Shown here: positions 47,817 through 48,563 of the stretch, piece by piece
How the letters are laid out: every line of letters begins with the position of its first letter
Numbering within the stretch: the stretch's first letter is position 1
Origin: Octopus sinensis
Taxonomy: Eukaryota
NCBI RefSeq assembly: GCF_006345805.1
Contig: NW_021834440.1
Span: forward strand, 1-48,563
Reading direction: 5' to 3'
Length of the DNA stretch: 48,563 nucleotides
Position numbers and translations under genes: made by a program
Notes under the pieces: model-generated
The model's database searches: none
What the model was told of the DNA's origin: nothing
Seen by the model: the letters and a program-made list of their open reading frames with translations, nothing else

Positions 47817-48432
47817 GGAAATAAGGTGGCGCTGGAAACGGTAATAATCTGGTAGTGATAATGTCGGTCGTATTTGTGCTGTAAGACGTTGGCAACGGTT
47901 GTGACAGAAGTGTTACTATTATTGTTGTTGCTGTAGTGGTGATGGTGGTGGGGGTGGGAGTCATCGTCGTCGTCGTCGTCGTCGTCGCAGTGTTTGGGTG
48001 TCCGCTGTGATGGTGTTGGTGGCGGCGGCGGTGGTGGTGATAGTCCCCATGCAAACAAAGGATCGGATGGAGATGTCTTTAGTTTTTTTTTCTTATCTCC
48101 AGCGCTCGTAGATTATCAAATGTGATCTAACCGTTATCATTCCAGCTTATATTAAGATCCTGGAAAGGTAGAAAAATTGGATTATTTTCAATACAACATT
48201 CAAGCCAGGCTCGAGGCTGTCTACACTCTTGAACTGGAGTCTCAATATAAAAGCACACCTTTTGATGCAAGTCTGACGAAATGTCACTCTAATGTTGAAA
48301 CCGCAAATATTACGTTACTTTCGAATTGGAATTTTTTTTTTTTTGCACAATGGCAGTAAAAACAAAGTGGTAGAGAAACAACTGTAACTGGTCGTTAATG
48401 ATGTGCTAACGTCTTTCTTTGTCTTCTTATCA

Positions 48433-48563
48433 GGCGTGGCTGTGAGGTGAGGAACTTAGTTCCCAACCGCATGATCCCGAGTTCAGTCCCTTAGGTAAGT
48501 GTCTCCTACTATAGCCTCGGGCCGACCAAAGCCTTGTGAGTGCATTTGGTAGACGGAAACCGA
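48433..48563 (+). mobile_element. SINE B 5' part, running off the window
   Basis: ggcgtggctgtg..gttcagtccc..tactatagcctcgggccgaccaaagcc. Confidence 0.85.

Overview
AT-rich, microsatellite-saturated eukaryotic (animal) DNA. The interspersed repeat families look like those I recall from Octopus genomes, so the taxon is an inference. No intact host protein-coding gene is recognisable, and almost all track ORFs are translated microsatellites. The window is intergenic or intronic and holds: four tRNA-headed SINE families (called A-D here); three mariner elements; pogo-, hAT- and Helentron-like DNA-transposon relics; RLE-type (R4/Dong-like) LINE fragments sitting in (TAA)n and (CATA)n; RTE, Tx1/L1 and Penelope-like fragments. 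The most interesting signals are: (1) SINE A tandem units ending in a ~41-nt tail shared with the Tx1/L1 LINE at 45.4-46.6 kb, joined at fixed sites inside the SINE head (possible self-targeting SINE); (2) SINE D, a tRNA-like Pol III head joined to a Penelope-type minimal hammerhead-ribozyme tail and found in head-to-head fold-backs; (3) a tandem 329-bp hammerhead-bearing, retrozyme-like repeat; (4) an ORF1-only, poly(A)-tailed HAL1-like element. All assignments were made by eye with no database searches, and coordinates may be off by a few bases.
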